A stretch of 61,602 bases of DNA from a virus (IMGVR_UViG_3300042539_001687:1-61602), one strand, 5' to 3'; positions 27,706 to 37,054 are shown, counted from the first letter of the stretch. Notes: generated by a model from the sequence alone, not told the origin. Made by a program: numbers and translations.

Positions 27706-28353
27706 ATGCGAAAGATGAACAAGCGCCAGCGTCAGCTGGCCGAAGAGGCGATGGCCATCGTTCCGGTGGTGATCAATGCCATGGGTAGGTCGTACCCTGG
27801 TATCCGCAAGAGGATCGCCCGAATAGACGCCAGCTCGGTGGCGTATGTGGCTATCTGCCGGGCGGCACAGACCTACAATCCGGACAAGAGCAAGGTCACG
27901 ACCTACTTCTCTTCGGCTATCCGGAACGCGATCCTCAAGGAGCTGGCGAAATCCCAGCGGCAAAGATACGACAGCCCCGAGAGGGTGTCGCTTGAGCTGG
28001 CGGAGAGTGCCGCAAAGCCCCAGCGCGGCGAGGAACGGATGCTCCCCGCCGCACTGGAGTCTTTGCCGGCGCAGGAAAGAGCCCTGATTGCCAGCAGATA
28101 CTACGGACGCATGAGCGTCCGGGAAATCTCGGACAGCACCGGCCTGGCCCAGAAGGCAGTGAGGGCTAGGCTCAAGAGCGCCGTCGAGTTACTGGCCGGA
28201 TTTTTGGGAACCCAGCATGCGCAGCAGCCACCGCAGCCCGGGCGCTGTTGCGATTCCACAGATAGCCATTCGGCCTGCGCACCTTGTCCGCCCGGAGCCG
28301 CTCCACGAGATCCTCGTAGGACCAGCCACCGGCCCGCAGGCCGACAATCGTAA
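27706..28353 (+). CDS. Sigma70-family RNA polymerase sigma factor-like protein
   Basis: Region 2-like AYVAICRAAQTYNPDKSKVTTYFSSAIRNAILKEL and region 4 ALESLPAQERALIASRYYGRMSVREIS..G..AVRARL. Confidence 0.82.
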   Translation: MRKMNKRQRQLAEEAMAIVPVVINAMGRSYPGIRKRIARIDASSVAYVAICRAAQTYNPDKSKVTTYFSSAIRNAILKELAKSQRQRYDSPERVSLELAESAAKPQRGEERMLPAALESLPAQERALIASRYYGRMSVREISDSTGLAQKAVRARLKSAVELLAGFLGTQHAQQPPQPGRCCDSTDSHSACAPCPPGAAPRDPRRTSHRPAGRQS

Positions 28354-28894
28354 GCGCCTGGTCCCGATCGACCCCGCAGGGCTCGAACCGCGACTGCTTG
28401 CCGGTCCCTACCTTGCGCCACCCAATAGGGGCGGTGCCGTCGGTGGGGAGCCCAGCCTTGCGCTTCACCTCCATCGCATCACGTGTCCGCTCGGACGCCT
28501 GGTCCCGGTCCAGCTGGGCAAACGCCAGCGTGATCGTGACGGCTGCGCGTCCGATGGCAGTGCTCGTGTCCAGTTGCCGGTCGGCAGACTGAATGAACAC
28601 CCTCTTCGCCTCCAGCATCTCGAGGGACCGCAGCCCGTCGATGGTGCGGCGAAACGCACGGTCCAGTTTGGCAACCACAATGTGGTCGCCCGGCTGAACC
28701 AGTGCCCACAACTCACGCCCCTTCGGTCTCTCGAACAGGGGCTTGCTGCCGCTGACGGCGGTGTCGTATAGCCAGCCGCCGTACTGCTCGTCGGGCAGAT
28801 GCAGCTGGATATAGGACTCGACCTTCGTGCGCTGGGCCTGTTCGGTCAGGCCCTGCTTGTCGGTCGAGTGCCGTCCGTACCCGTAGACAATCAT
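28172..28894 (-). CDS. Serine recombinase (resolvase catalytic domain + short recombinase domain)
   Basis: YGYGRHSTDKQ, D.AVSGS..RP, GDHIVVAKLDRAFR, DTST.IGR, ERT; ATG at 28894. Confidence 0.92.
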   Translation of the reverse strand: MIVYGYGRHSTDKQGLTEQAQRTKVESYIQLHLPDEQYGGWLYDTAVSGSKPLFERPKGRELWALVQPGDHIVVAKLDRAFRRTIDGLRSLEMLEAKRVFIQSADRQLDTSTAIGRAAVTITLAFAQLDRDQASERTRDAMEVKRKAGLPTDGTAPIGWRKVGTGKQSRFEPCGVDRDQALTIVGLRAGGWSYEDLVERLRADKVRRPNGYLWNRNSARAAVAAAHAGFPKIRPVTRRRS

Positions 28895-28904
28895 GGTAGA
28901 TATC

Positions 28905-29183
28905 CTAGCACTCGCGCGCATCCTCCGGAACGATCTCGACGTGCCCGCAAAGCGCGCTGGCGCCGTGCTTGGCCAGCAACTCCTCGAGCTCGGCCCGCGC
29001 CGCCTGCACGAACAAGTCGGGCTCGCGATCGTAGGGGCCTTTAGGCCTGGCATCCGGGCCCTCTGTCGCATAGAAGGACCCATAGCGGGTTCTCCAGCCA
29101 CGCTTGTTGAGCAGCATCGGATCCAGGGTGTCCGGCAGCTCCAGGTTTTTCATGTAAAACCGGACCGTGACATTAACCTTCAT
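28905..29183 (-). CDS. Hypothetical protein
   Basis: AAGGAGGTG RBS before ATG 29183. Confidence 0.7.
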   Translation of the reverse strand: MKVNVTVRFYMKNLELPDTLDPMLLNKRGWRTRYGSFYATEGPDARPKGPYDREPDLFVQAARAELEELLAKHGASALCGHVEIVPEDAREC

Positions 29184-29194
29184 GGTGCACCTCC

Positions 29195-30190
29195 TTACAA
29201 TGCGGGAATGAAAACGCTGGCAGCAGAGAACTCGCGGGCCACGTGCAGCACATCGGACAGACTGGTCGTGAGCAGCTTGGCTGGCTGCTCGTCCTTGTTC
29301 CACATGCACTCGCCGCTGCTGCCGATGTGCATGCGGGAGAGGGAGTACATCACCTTCGGCCCGAAGCCGAGATCCTCTGGCTGCGGGATCACGCTGACGG
29401 CGAAGTCAGGGACGGACATGAACCCACGCTCGGTCTGCTCGAAGGGCCGACGCAGCCGGAGCGTGAACTGGTGCGTCACGATCAGTGACGTGCTTGCTCC
29501 GTGCTCGCGGTTCGGGCGGAGCGTGATGGTGTCCGGGTGCCGCTCGCGCGCGCGCAGCCCGTGCTCCTCAAACTTGAACCGCGTGTCCGCGAACGTGTCC
29601 TGCCAGCCGTCGAACGCCTCGAGCAGGCGCGTCGCTGCTGCGCGAAACTCATCGGACACCCACGCGCCGGCAGATGCCACGCGAGCCAGCATGTCCGAAG
29701 GCTTCTGCCGCAGGGCAGCGATGCCGCAGTCCAGGAGGACAGGCCCCACGCCCTCTTGGTACATGCCGCCCGCCCCCCACGCCCACTTCCAGTTCTTATA
29801 GCGGGACCTGATGGTGCGGTCTGAAGCGTTGAACGGCAGCCACCGATTCATGAAGTGGCCCCGCGCCGACTCGCAGACCTTGTACTGAGTGCGACCCCCA
29901 GCCGCCGGATAAACGAAGGCCAGGCCATGCTCCAGCTTGTCGTCGGCCAGAGTTGTGCCGGGACTGTGATACAGGTAGGCCAGCTCGATGCTTTCTCCGG
30001 ACCCGTGCGCCACCAGGCGGTCGTGAAGATGAGCCCAGTGCCTGTCGCCAAACCGCGCAGTCGCAATCTCCGCGCACCGCTCGCTCTCGGGCGTCGTGCG
30101 CGTGAGGCGACGCCGCTCCGTGACAGCCGCTTCGAGCTCGGCCCAATCCAGAACCGTCTTGTTCTTGTTCCGTGTCTGTGCAAGAAACAT
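29195..30190 (-). CDS. Hypothetical protein (331 aa)
   Basis: Long ORF in the leftward operon; ATG 30190. Confidence 0.65.
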   Translation of the reverse strand: MFLAQTRNKNKTVLDWAELEAAVTERRRLTRTTPESERCAEIATARFGDRHWAHLHDRLVAHGSGESIELAYLYHSPGTTLADDKLEHGLAFVYPAAGGRTQYKVCESARGHFMNRWLPFNASDRTIRSRYKNWKWAWGAGGMYQEGVGPVLLDCGIAALRQKPSDMLARVASAGAWVSDEFRAAATRLLEAFDGWQDTFADTRFKFEEHGLRARERHPDTITLRPNREHGASTSLIVTHQFTLRLRRPFEQTERGFMSVPDFAVSVIPQPEDLGFGPKVMYSLSRMHIGSSGECMWNKDEQPAKLLTTSLSDVLHVAREFSAASVFIPAL

Positions 30191-30200
30191 TGTTGACTCA

Positions 30201-30249
30201 CAAGAAAACAGGCCGGCCCGGCAGCGCAACGCACGCCACCGGGCCGGCC
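30201..30249 (-). terminator. Intrinsic terminator-like hairpin
   Basis: Perfect 11-bp inverted repeat GGCCGGCCCGG/CCGGGCCGGCC followed on the - strand by TGTTTTCTTG. Confidence 0.6.
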
Positions 30250-30274
30250 AAAGGGATTGAGAAACCAGGAATCG

Positions 30275-30580
30275 TCAGACCGTCACGACCCGCCCGTTGC
30301 GGTACGTCTCTGTGTCGTGCCGGTAGCTGGAGACCAGGGACTTGAGGTCCTGGATGTCCAGCTCCGAGCCGGAGCTGCCGCCGCGCGAGTTGCGCAGCGG
30401 GGGCAGGGCCACCCCCTTGCGCTTCAGGTAGTTGGTCTTCTGATGAACCTGCCTGGTGAGCAGGCCCACCCGATCCGCGAACTCCCGGGTCGTGTGACCC
30501 GCCGACCAGCTCTCCATGTAGAGCTGGGTAAACTGACGCCAGGTAATGACGGCCTGGCTCCGGCTACGCTTCCTTCTCAT
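30275..30580 (-). CDS. Small HTH-like DNA-binding protein
   Basis: AGGAG RBS; TREFADRVGLLTRQVHQKTNYLKRKGVALPPL. Confidence 0.6.
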   Translation of the reverse strand: MRRKRSRSQAVITWRQFTQLYMESWSAGHTTREFADRVGLLTRQVHQKTNYLKRKGVALPPLRNSRGGSSGSELDIQDLKSLVSSYRHDTETYRNGRVVTV

Positions 30581-31962
30581 ACTGCGGTCTCCTGATAAAG
30601 GGGAACTGTCTTGCACCAAGACGGGACCTGGTTGGCCCAGCCTGGATCCGTCAACGCAACGACCGTCCGGGCTCGCAGCTGGCGTTGCGGCCAGCCTGTG
30701 TACCCATCTGTGATGAGCACGATCGAGTCCGGATGGTCCTCCTTGTCCACCTGGATCAGGGCTGCGGCCATGTCCGTGCCGCCCCCGCCCGTCCATGTGA
30801 ACTTGTCGATGTTGGAGAGCTGCAGGGAGGAACGCACGTGCGTGTCCGCGCAGACAACCTTCACCGACTTCAGCTTCCGAAGACCGTCGGCGATCACGGT
30901 GAGCGCCTTGATCTTCGTCTCGCGGTCGCTCATGGACCCGGAGGTATCCACGATCACGACCGCACTGGCCTGCGTAGTCAGCTGACCACGCAGGCGACAC
31001 ACATCCTGCGGCTGCTTGCGAGACAGCCTGCGGTACGTCGCCAGCCGCCCGCCCAGTGGGTTGGCTGTGCTGGTAGCGACGACCGACTTGAGGTGCTGGA
31101 ACGGATCCGGCTGCGGTCGCAGCTGAATGTCCAGCGCCTGCTTGAGGATTCCTGGAACGGAGCCGGGCATCTTGTTCTCGTGCTCGCGGCAAGCGTTGTC
31201 CAGCTTGTGGGCGTACAGGTTCTCCTTGTACGCGCCCCAAGAATCATCCTCCTCTTCGTGCTGCCGGCGCACGCCGTCGGCTGCGGAGCCGCCAGTGCCC
31301 GGCACGCACGCCCGAGCGGCCAGTCCGTTCTTGCCTTCGCGCGAGCCCGGCTTGCCGGACTTCTGCTGGGGCTTGGACGCCTCCGCCCGGCTGTCGCCCG
31401 AACCGCCAGTCTCGCCGGCCTGCTCGGGCTCACCGTCCGGCTGTCCTTCGCCGCTGCCGCCACCGCCCTTGGGTCGGTTGCGCACAGCAGCAAGGATCAT
31501 GGAGTAGTACTCCAGCAACTCCTTGTTCTCCGGGAAGTCCAGCTTGATGCCGAGCTGCGGACACTCGGCACCAAGATGAACAGCCCCAGCCGGCCGCAGC
31601 GGGCGCATGAAAGCCAGGATCTGCTCGATGCAGAGATCGCCGGCGATGTTCATGACGAGCTGCAGGTTGGGCTCGGGGTGGTCCCCGTAAGCTTCCTGCG
31701 CACGGGCGTGGTGCCTGAGGATCAGGTGCAACGCTTCGTGCAGGATCACGTAGGCCAGCGTGTCCACGTCAAGGGCCTCGACGAACTCGGGGTCCCAGTG
31801 GATCACGCCGTCCATGCTCACGCCGCAGGTTCCCGAGCCAGGGCTCGGTTGCTCGCTGAGTGAGTAGATGTAGGTGGCCAGGTAGGGTGCGTACCCGAAG
31901 GTACGCACCCGCCCGGCCGCCAACGCCGCACGAGCTTGTGCGGCACGGACTTTGGATAACAT
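30577..31962 (-). CDS. DUF2201-like metallopeptidase + VWA domain protein
   Basis: HEALHLILRH..NIAGDLCI; acidic/Gly linker; VDTSGSMS MIDAS, GGGGTDM, ITDGY; AAAGGAG RBS before ATG 31962. Confidence 0.88.
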   Translation of the reverse strand: MLSKVRAAQARAALAAGRVRTFGYAPYLATYIYSLSEQPSPGSGTCGVSMDGVIHWDPEFVEALDVDTLAYVILHEALHLILRHHARAQEAYGDHPEPNLQLVMNIAGDLCIEQILAFMRPLRPAGAVHLGAECPQLGIKLDFPENKELLEYYSMILAAVRNRPKGGGGSGEGQPDGEPEQAGETGGSGDSRAEASKPQQKSGKPGSREGKNGLAARACVPGTGGSAADGVRRQHEEEDDSWGAYKENLYAHKLDNACREHENKMPGSVPGILKQALDIQLRPQPDPFQHLKSVVATSTANPLGGRLATYRRLSRKQPQDVCRLRGQLTTQASAVVIVDTSGSMSDRETKIKALTVIADGLRKLKSVKVVCADTHVRSSLQLSNIDKFTWTGGGGTDMAAALIQVDKEDHPDSIVLITDGYTGWPQRQLRARTVVALTDPGWANQVPSWCKTVPLYQETAV

Positions 31963-31972
31963 GGTCTCCTTT

Positions 31973-32332
31973 CTAGTCGTCGCCAAACGCGGCGACCTGA
32001 TTGGCGTTCTGATCTACGGCCTCCGCCCACGAGACGGCAGCCGCCACGAACATGGCCATCGAGTGATTGGCCAGAACCTCGATCTTCTCGTGCGCCTCGA
32101 GAGGGGACTCCTTCTTGGCCGCACGTACCGCTTTGCCGCACTCGATGGCGAGCTTGGCAATGACGGAGAACAACAGCCCGAACCGCATTGCGGAGTCGCC
32201 AGGGATCTGGCCCTCGCTCATCGCGTGAGCGGTGGCGCGGATGATCCGCATGCACGACTCCTTGCTGTCCGGCACCAGCCCGTTGTCCTCATCCGGATCG
32301 AACTCGTAAAAGTCCAGGTCTTTGACCTTCAT
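31973..32332 (-). CDS. Hypothetical protein
   Basis: GAGGAG RBS; lies between the AAA and VWA genes. Confidence 0.7.
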   Translation of the reverse strand: MKVKDLDFYEFDPDEDNGLVPDSKESCMRIIRATAHAMSEGQIPGDSAMRFGLLFSVIAKLAIECGKAVRAAKKESPLEAHEKIEVLANHSMAMFVAAAVSWAEAVDQNANQVAAFGDD

Positions 32333-32341
32333 GCTTTCTCC

Positions 32342-33460
32342 TCAGTCCTTGAGACCGCTCGGCACAAGCTTCATCAGCTTCTGCATGAGGGCCTGAGGGG
32401 GGGTCCAGCCATCGGGACGCACGCCGCCCTTCGCGACGGGCGCCCAAAGGCTCTTGAACTGGGTCAGGAACGTCTCGATCTCGTGCTCGCCGATCTCGAC
32501 GAACACCTTCGCAGCCCTGGCCCACCGCTCGGCGCTGGTCTGGGAGCGCAGCTCCTTGACCAGCCCAGTCAGCAGGCAGATCTGCAGGTCGGGGCGGCCG
32601 GCCTCGTACTTGTAGGCCTCCGTCCCTTCCAGGATTGCAGCCGGATCAATCAGATCCAGCTGGCTCATGTACCGCAGGAACTCAGCGCCGGCTGCGTCGC
32701 CGACGCACCCGACCACGAGGTCCGTGACCACCGAGCTGCCGAGCCGGTGGCCGACAGCCTCCGCCGCCGACAGGCACTTGACCACGTAGGACCAAGTGCG
32801 CGGGTTCGGAAACGAGAGGGTCTCGTCCGACTGCGGCAGCTTCTCCAGGCAGTCCGGCGCCGAGCGCAGGAACGCCTCCACGAGCGAGCCGTACTTGGGG
32901 TACAGCTCCCTGTGGCTCTCGGGCACGACCGGAAACGGAGGCGCGCTCCAGTTCAGGCCGTTGCGGTAACCCTTGTAGAGCTCCGCCTGGTCGATCTGCC
33001 ACTTGCAGTGGAAGAACCGCGACCGCATCGAGGGCGGGAGCGTGTTGCCTCCGGGAGCCAGCTCCGGCGGATTGGCCGCCGCCACGATGATGGTCGACTC
33101 CGGGAGAGTGACATCACCCACGCGTCGTTCCGTGATGAGCGACAGCTCCGCAGCCATCGTCGTCGGAGGCACGCACGTGAACTCGTCCAGCAGGAGGAAC
33201 CCGGCACCATCCTTGAACTTGTCCACCCATTGGGTGGGCAGCATCCGGATGACACCGAGCTGCCGGTCAGCATCGGGGTAGCCGGAGAAGTCCTCCGGCA
33301 GGTGGGTCGAACCGATCAGCAAGTGAAAGGTCCGGTCGAGTGCGCGGGCCAGCTGCCCGAGCACCGTCGTCTTGCCTACCCCAGTGCCGCCCCACACGAT
33401 GGTGGGCACGACCTGCAGGGCGATGAAACACGCTTCGTTCTTAGTCTGCTGAGTAGCCAT
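32342..33460 (-). CDS. MoxR-like AAA+ ATPase
   Basis: WGGTGVGKTT Walker A, PEDFSGYP, LLLDEF Walker B, AANPP, SRF, FPNPRTW. Confidence 0.92.
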   Translation of the reverse strand: MATQQTKNEACFIALQVVPTIVWGGTGVGKTTVLGQLARALDRTFHLLIGSTHLPEDFSGYPDADRQLGVIRMLPTQWVDKFKDGAGFLLLDEFTCVPPTTMAAELSLITERRVGDVTLPESTIIVAAANPPELAPGGNTLPPSMRSRFFHCKWQIDQAELYKGYRNGLNWSAPPFPVVPESHRELYPKYGSLVEAFLRSAPDCLEKLPQSDETLSFPNPRTWSYVVKCLSAAEAVGHRLGSSVVTDLVVGCVGDAAGAEFLRYMSQLDLIDPAAILEGTEAYKYEAGRPDLQICLLTGLVKELRSQTSAERWARAAKVFVEIGEHEIETFLTQFKSLWAPVAKGGVRPDGWTPPQALMQKLMKLVPSGLKD

Positions 33461-33513
33461 AAGGCCTCCTCAAGGAAAGAGACAGACGGAGCCACGCTGG
33501 CCCCGTCTAAAGA

Positions 33514-33539
33514 GAACTCGCCGACCCCTGAAATCAGGG
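33514..33539 (-). promoter_or_regulatory. Conserved ~27-bp intergenic motif, copy 1
   Basis: + strand GAACTCGCCGACCCCTGAAATCAGGG; six similar copies between 33.5 and 39.9 kb. Confidence 0.8.
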
Positions 33540-33755
33540 CAGGCTTGGATCGACCCGGACAATCACGTCCGGCGGCACCAGGCAGGACAGGCGACGCCCG
33601 TCATCCCAGTCCACTGACACCTGCAGCTGCGCGGGCCTTCCGAAAAAGCGCAGCTCTTCTACGTGCGTCACTGTGCCCTCAGTGCCCGGCTTCACTGGAT
33701 CTGGGTCATCGCCCATGTGGACGAGCATGACCCTGTCGCCCTTCCGGAATCTCAT
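33534..33755 (-). CDS. DUF4314-like protein
   Basis: GDRVMLVHMGDDPDPVKPGTEGTV..VDWDDGRRL. Confidence 0.8.
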   Translation of the reverse strand: MRFRKGDRVMLVHMGDDPDPVKPGTEGTVTHVEELRFFGRPAQLQVSVDWDDGRRLSCLVPPDVIVRVDPSLP

Positions 33756-34588
33756 ACAGAGACCTCGAGCAGGGAGCTGACAGCCAGGCCGTTCTCCGCA
33801 GCTTCGAGCGGCTCGCGCATCCAGTCGAGCTGCTGCCCGAGCGCCTCCTCGTAGCTGCGGATCTTGGACACAATCGCCTGGCACTTCTTTCGCAGAAGCT
33901 TGACCCGCTTCTCGTCGTCGATGCCAGTGGTGATCTCGTCGAGGATGCCCTGCGACTGAGAGGTCACCTCCTCGTGGAGCTGGTTGACGATGTGCTCCAC
34001 TGTCTTGGGATCAGACGCCACCTCGAACGGCACCATGTGGTACCGCCAGAGCTGGGCGTCGTCCCGCCACTGCGCGAACCGAGACACTGCGTCCGCCGGC
34101 AAGTAGTAGAGATTGCTACCGCCAAGCGCTACGCCATTGAGCCGCCGGACTACGCCCGCCACTGCGGTGCGCAGCTGGCCGGGCGACATCAGGTCGCGCC
34201 GCTGGTCGTACGCCTGCTGCAGGTGCGTGCCGATCACGCCCGCCGGCAGCTGGCCGTTGAGCTCCAGCAGCTGCACCTTGTGGCTTGCGTCCACCGCAGC
34301 GGACACCACGTGGATCGCATCGTTGCGGGTCGCACCCTTGCGGATGCGCACTGCCTCGAACGCCAGGTCGGCCGTGAGATTCCGAATCAGCAGCGGAAGC
34401 TCGGGCTCGACGGTGGTCATGCGAGCCACCTCCTTGATCGCCTCCTGAATGGCAGTCGACTGGCTCGGCGGTCGGTTGACCACGTTCTTCCAGCCCTGCT
34501 TCTCGCAGGCATCCTTCACGACCGACCGGGCGTGGGCCCGATTCGTACCGAACACGACGGCGGACTGGCCCGCCACTTGAATGCTCAT
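33752..34588 (-). CDS. Hypothetical helical protein (278 aa)
   Basis: AAAGGAG RBS before ATG 34588; GGSNLYYLP segment; located upstream of the AAA/VWA pair. Confidence 0.75.
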   Translation of the reverse strand: MSIQVAGQSAVVFGTNRAHARSVVKDACEKQGWKNVVNRPPSQSTAIQEAIKEVARMTTVEPELPLLIRNLTADLAFEAVRIRKGATRNDAIHVVSAAVDASHKVQLLELNGQLPAGVIGTHLQQAYDQRRDLMSPGQLRTAVAGVVRRLNGVALGGSNLYYLPADAVSRFAQWRDDAQLWRYHMVPFEVASDPKTVEHIVNQLHEEVTSQSQGILDEITTGIDDEKRVKLLRKKCQAIVSKIRSYEEALGQQLDWMREPLEAAENGLAVSSLLEVSV

Positions 34589-34607
34589 GGCATTCTCCTT
34601 TGGGGTG

Positions 34608-34656
34608 AAAAGAAACCGCCGGGCCAGCAGCCCGCAGGCAACTGCCAGCCCGGCGG
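34608..34656 (-). terminator. Strong intrinsic terminator-like hairpin
   Basis: - strand CCGCCGGGCTGGCAG...CTGCTGGCCCGGCGG (15 bp, 2 G-U) followed by TTTCTTTT. Confidence 0.7.
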
Positions 34657-34689
34657 CGGGAGGTGTACGAGTGTACACATTTCGGAGCG

Positions 34690-34902
34690 TCAGGTGTCGA
34701 CCATCAGCTCCCACTGATCCGCGATGGTCATCGAGTACGCCTGGTTGGCGCACGCAGTGATCGCATCGGCCTCGCTCGGGTAGGGGCCGCGCGGCTTGGG
34801 GTCGCGCGGGTCTTCGAGGAGGAAGTAGAAACAGCCATTGGCCCCGAACACCGACCCGACTGGTCGGCGGTCGAGGCGCACCGGTACCACATCACGTGCC
34901 AT
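34690..34902 (-). CDS. Hypothetical protein
   Basis: GGGAGG RBS; GPYPSEADA motif. Confidence 0.65.
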   Translation of the reverse strand: MARDVVPVRLDRRPVGSVFGANGCFYFLLEDPRDPKPRGPYPSEADAITACANQAYSMTIADQWELMVDT

Positions 34903-34951
34903 GGGAACCTCCCTGAACAGGGGTGAAGAGAAGGCAGGCCGGGCGGCCTGC

Positions 34952-35164
34952 TCAGTGGGGAGTCAGGGACTGCTCCAGCTTTCTGAGCTGGGTCGCAAGC
35001 GCCTGCACCACCGCCACGTCGTCTTCAGTGACGCCGTAGCCTGTGTCTGCCATCTCCATTGCTGCAGCTTCGTCAAGCCAGTCGTCCAGCACGTCGTGCA
35101 GGACCTGGATTTGCTTGGGCTTCAGCGGAAGGTGGACTGTCGGAACTTTGCGTGGCTGTGTCAC
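34952..35164 (-). CDS. Hypothetical protein
   Basis: AGGAG RBS; GTGA overlap. Confidence 0.6.
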   Translation of the reverse strand: MTQPRKVPTVHLPLKPKQIQVLHDVLDDWLDEAAAMEMADTGYGVTEDDVAVVQALATQLRKLEQSLTPH

Positions 35165-35316
35165 GACCTGCTCCTATACACCAGGGATCGCACCGCCATC
35201 AGGACAGCGCACCAAGCGATGGCCTGCAGCGGGTACGCATTGACAAACGACACGAGCGAATCGAGCTGGCCGGCAGTGGCCTGCACGGCGCGCTCAAAGT
35301 CGATGGCGTGCTTCAT
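35161..35316 (-). CDS. 51-aa membrane peptide (absent from the ORF track)
   Basis: Manual translation MKHAIDFERAVQATAGQLDSLVSFVNAYPLQAIAWCAVLMAVRSLVYRSRS; 4-nt overlaps with both neighbours. Confidence 0.6.
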   Translation of the reverse strand: MKHAIDFERAVQATAGQLDSLVSFVNAYPLQAIAWCAVLMAVRSLVYRSRS

Positions 35317-35528
35317 GAGTCGAGCCTCCGGAAGATCTCGACGGCCATGTCACCGCCGTCGCGCGGGGTCATCTCCCGCAAGGCTTCCGACAGCTCCGGG
35401 ACTGTGACAGCCAGCTGCGGGGGCAGCTCCTGCGACAGGGCAGTGGCCGCCCGAGCGAGAGACACGAACCGGAACTGGGGGGCAGCCTTCTTGTGGCTGC
35501 GGGTGGGAACACTCTTCTTCATCGACAT
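35313..35528 (-). CDS. Hypothetical protein
   Basis: GGGAGGTG RBS before ATG 35528. Confidence 0.65.
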   Translation of the reverse strand: MSMKKSVPTRSHKKAAPQFRFVSLARAATALSQELPPQLAVTVPELSEALREMTPRDGGDMAVEIFRRLDS

Positions 35529-35588
35529 GGGACACCTCCCGGGAAACAAGAAAGGCCGGCGCCAACGTGGCAACCGGCCGTCTACAAA

Positions 35589-35614
35589 GAACTCGCCAAC
35601 CCCTGAAATCAGGG
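35589..35614 (-). promoter_or_regulatory. Conserved ~27-bp intergenic motif, copy 2
   Basis: + strand GAACTCGCCAACCCCTGAAATCAGGG. Confidence 0.8.
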
Positions 35615-35615
35615 A

Positions 35616-35960
35616 CTATTCAGGGCAGCTGTCGAGCAGCGGCCCCAGATCCACATCGTCCGCCATTGCCTGGACTGCCAGGCGCAGGGCCTCGAGCTCG
35701 CGCACGGACTTGTCGAGCTGCAGCTTCATGATGGCCCGAAGCGAAGCCGACCTGGCCCTGACGTACGCCACCTGCGCTGGGTTGCGATTCTTCTTCTCCG
35801 CTGCCATCCGCAGCTCCTTGCGGAGACAGGTGCTGGACTTGGTGGCCGTGTCGTGGACCACGTTGCTCAGGTAGGCGGTGGCGCTCTGTGCCTTGCACTG
35901 CAGCTCCCACGCCCTGCGCTCCAGCGCCTCACACTTCTCGATATCTGATTGCGTAATCAC
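35616..35960 (-). CDS. Coiled-coil hypothetical protein
   Basis: AAAGGAG RBS, GTG start. Confidence 0.7.
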   Translation of the reverse strand: MITQSDIEKCEALERRAWELQCKAQSATAYLSNVVHDTATKSSTCLRKELRMAAEKKNRNPAQVAYVRARSASLRAIMKLQLDKSVRELEALRLAVQAMADDVDLGPLLDSCPE

Positions 35961-35971
35961 AGAATCTCCTT

Positions 35972-36286
35972 TCAGTCAGGACAAACCTCGAGCAGGGGAG
36001 CCGCCTCGAGCGAGGCGAGAAGCTCCTCTATCGACATCGAAAACTCACGCCACTCGGGACGGAACTGCTTGACTCCAAGCTCTAGCTTCGCGGCAGCGAG
36101 CTCCGACTCCGCCCTGCGAGTGCGCAGGCACTCCGACGCAGGGCCGAGCTTTCGGACTGCGTCTTCCGACTCTGACACCGTCGCGGCCAGCAGAGACAGG
36201 TTGCTCAGCAACCTGCCCATGCGCTCCGTCAAGCGCCCCAGCTGGTTGGCGCTTGCGGCCAGGCCCATCAGACTCATCGACTCCAT
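35972..36286 (-). CDS. Coiled-coil hypothetical protein
   Basis: 104-aa ORF overlapping the upstream gene end. Confidence 0.6.
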   Translation of the reverse strand: MESMSLMGLAASANQLGRLTERMGRLLSNLSLLAATVSESEDAVRKLGPASECLRTRRAESELAAAKLELGVKQFRPEWREFSMSIEELLASLEAAPLLEVCPD

Positions 36287-36594
36287 ACCCCGTACCCCTC
36301 CTTCCGGAGGGCAGCAGCCAGCGCAGCCTCAGCTGCCTCTGCCTCCTGCCGTGTCTGGTACGTGACGCTGGGCATGAGGTCCGTCCTCAACCCTGTCCCG
36401 TACTTGGTGACCCAGCCGCGATTGGCATGGACGCCGCTCTTGTGCTGGGCCAGCCGATGCTCTGCGGTGTGGGCTGTGCTGCCCACATACAGGCACCCCT
36501 TGCCACCGCCGGCATTGGCCCGGCGGAAGCGACCGCTCTGCTGCACATCGTCGGACAGGCCCACCACGTACAGCCGGAAGAGTGGCTTACTCAT
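36274..36594 (-). CDS. GIY-YIG-like nuclease domain protein
   Basis: LYVV..CLYVGST..RLAQHK..EAEAAE; GAGGAGG RBS. Confidence 0.75.
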   Translation of the reverse strand: MSKPLFRLYVVGLSDDVQQSGRFRRANAGGGKGCLYVGSTAHTAEHRLAQHKSGVHANRGWVTKYGTGLRTDLMPSVTYQTRQEAEAAEAALAAALRKEGYGVWSR

Positions 36595-36955
36595 CGTCGC
36601 CCTCCTCGTGGCAGCCACATTCAGGGTCGTCGCAGTCCTGGTCCCACAGCGCCGCCATCTCACGGGGCATGGCACGCGGGCCGTGATCCGTGATCACCAT
36701 GCGCATCGTCTTGGCAGTCAGCGCCGAGTGCACGGTCGACTGCCCGGTGAGGGTGTCGACCTCCTCGAGCGTGAGGAACTCGTGCTCCCCCAGCGGACGG
36801 TACATATTCAGGTGGCGGTGCGCCGCCTGCATGTCACGAAACATCGCGTCGATCTCAGGGGTTACCTTGTCGATCGCGCCATCCTGGTTGCGGTACAGGA
36901 CCACGAACGGGGGGACGGGAAGCTCCTTCAGTTCTCGATTCTGGCAATCGTCCAT
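36587..36955 (-). CDS. Hypothetical protein
   Basis: GGAGGTG RBS; C-terminal CDDPECGCH. Confidence 0.65.
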   Translation of the reverse strand: MDDCQNRELKELPVPPFVVLYRNQDGAIDKVTPEIDAMFRDMQAAHRHLNMYRPLGEHEFLTLEEVDTLTGQSTVHSALTAKTMRMVITDHGPRAMPREMAALWDQDCDDPECGCHEEGDDE

Positions 36956-37027
36956 CACGCACCTCCGACAGGCCGGTGGAAAAACACGAGGAGCCAGCAG
37001 CCCGGCCGACTGCTGGCCCCTCACAAA

Positions 37028-37054
37028 GAACTCGCCGGCCCCTGAAAACAAGGG
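37028..37054 (-). promoter_or_regulatory. Conserved ~27-bp intergenic motif, copy 3
   Basis: + strand GAACTCGCCGGCCCCTGAAAACAAGGG, abutting the stop at 37055. Confidence 0.8.
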
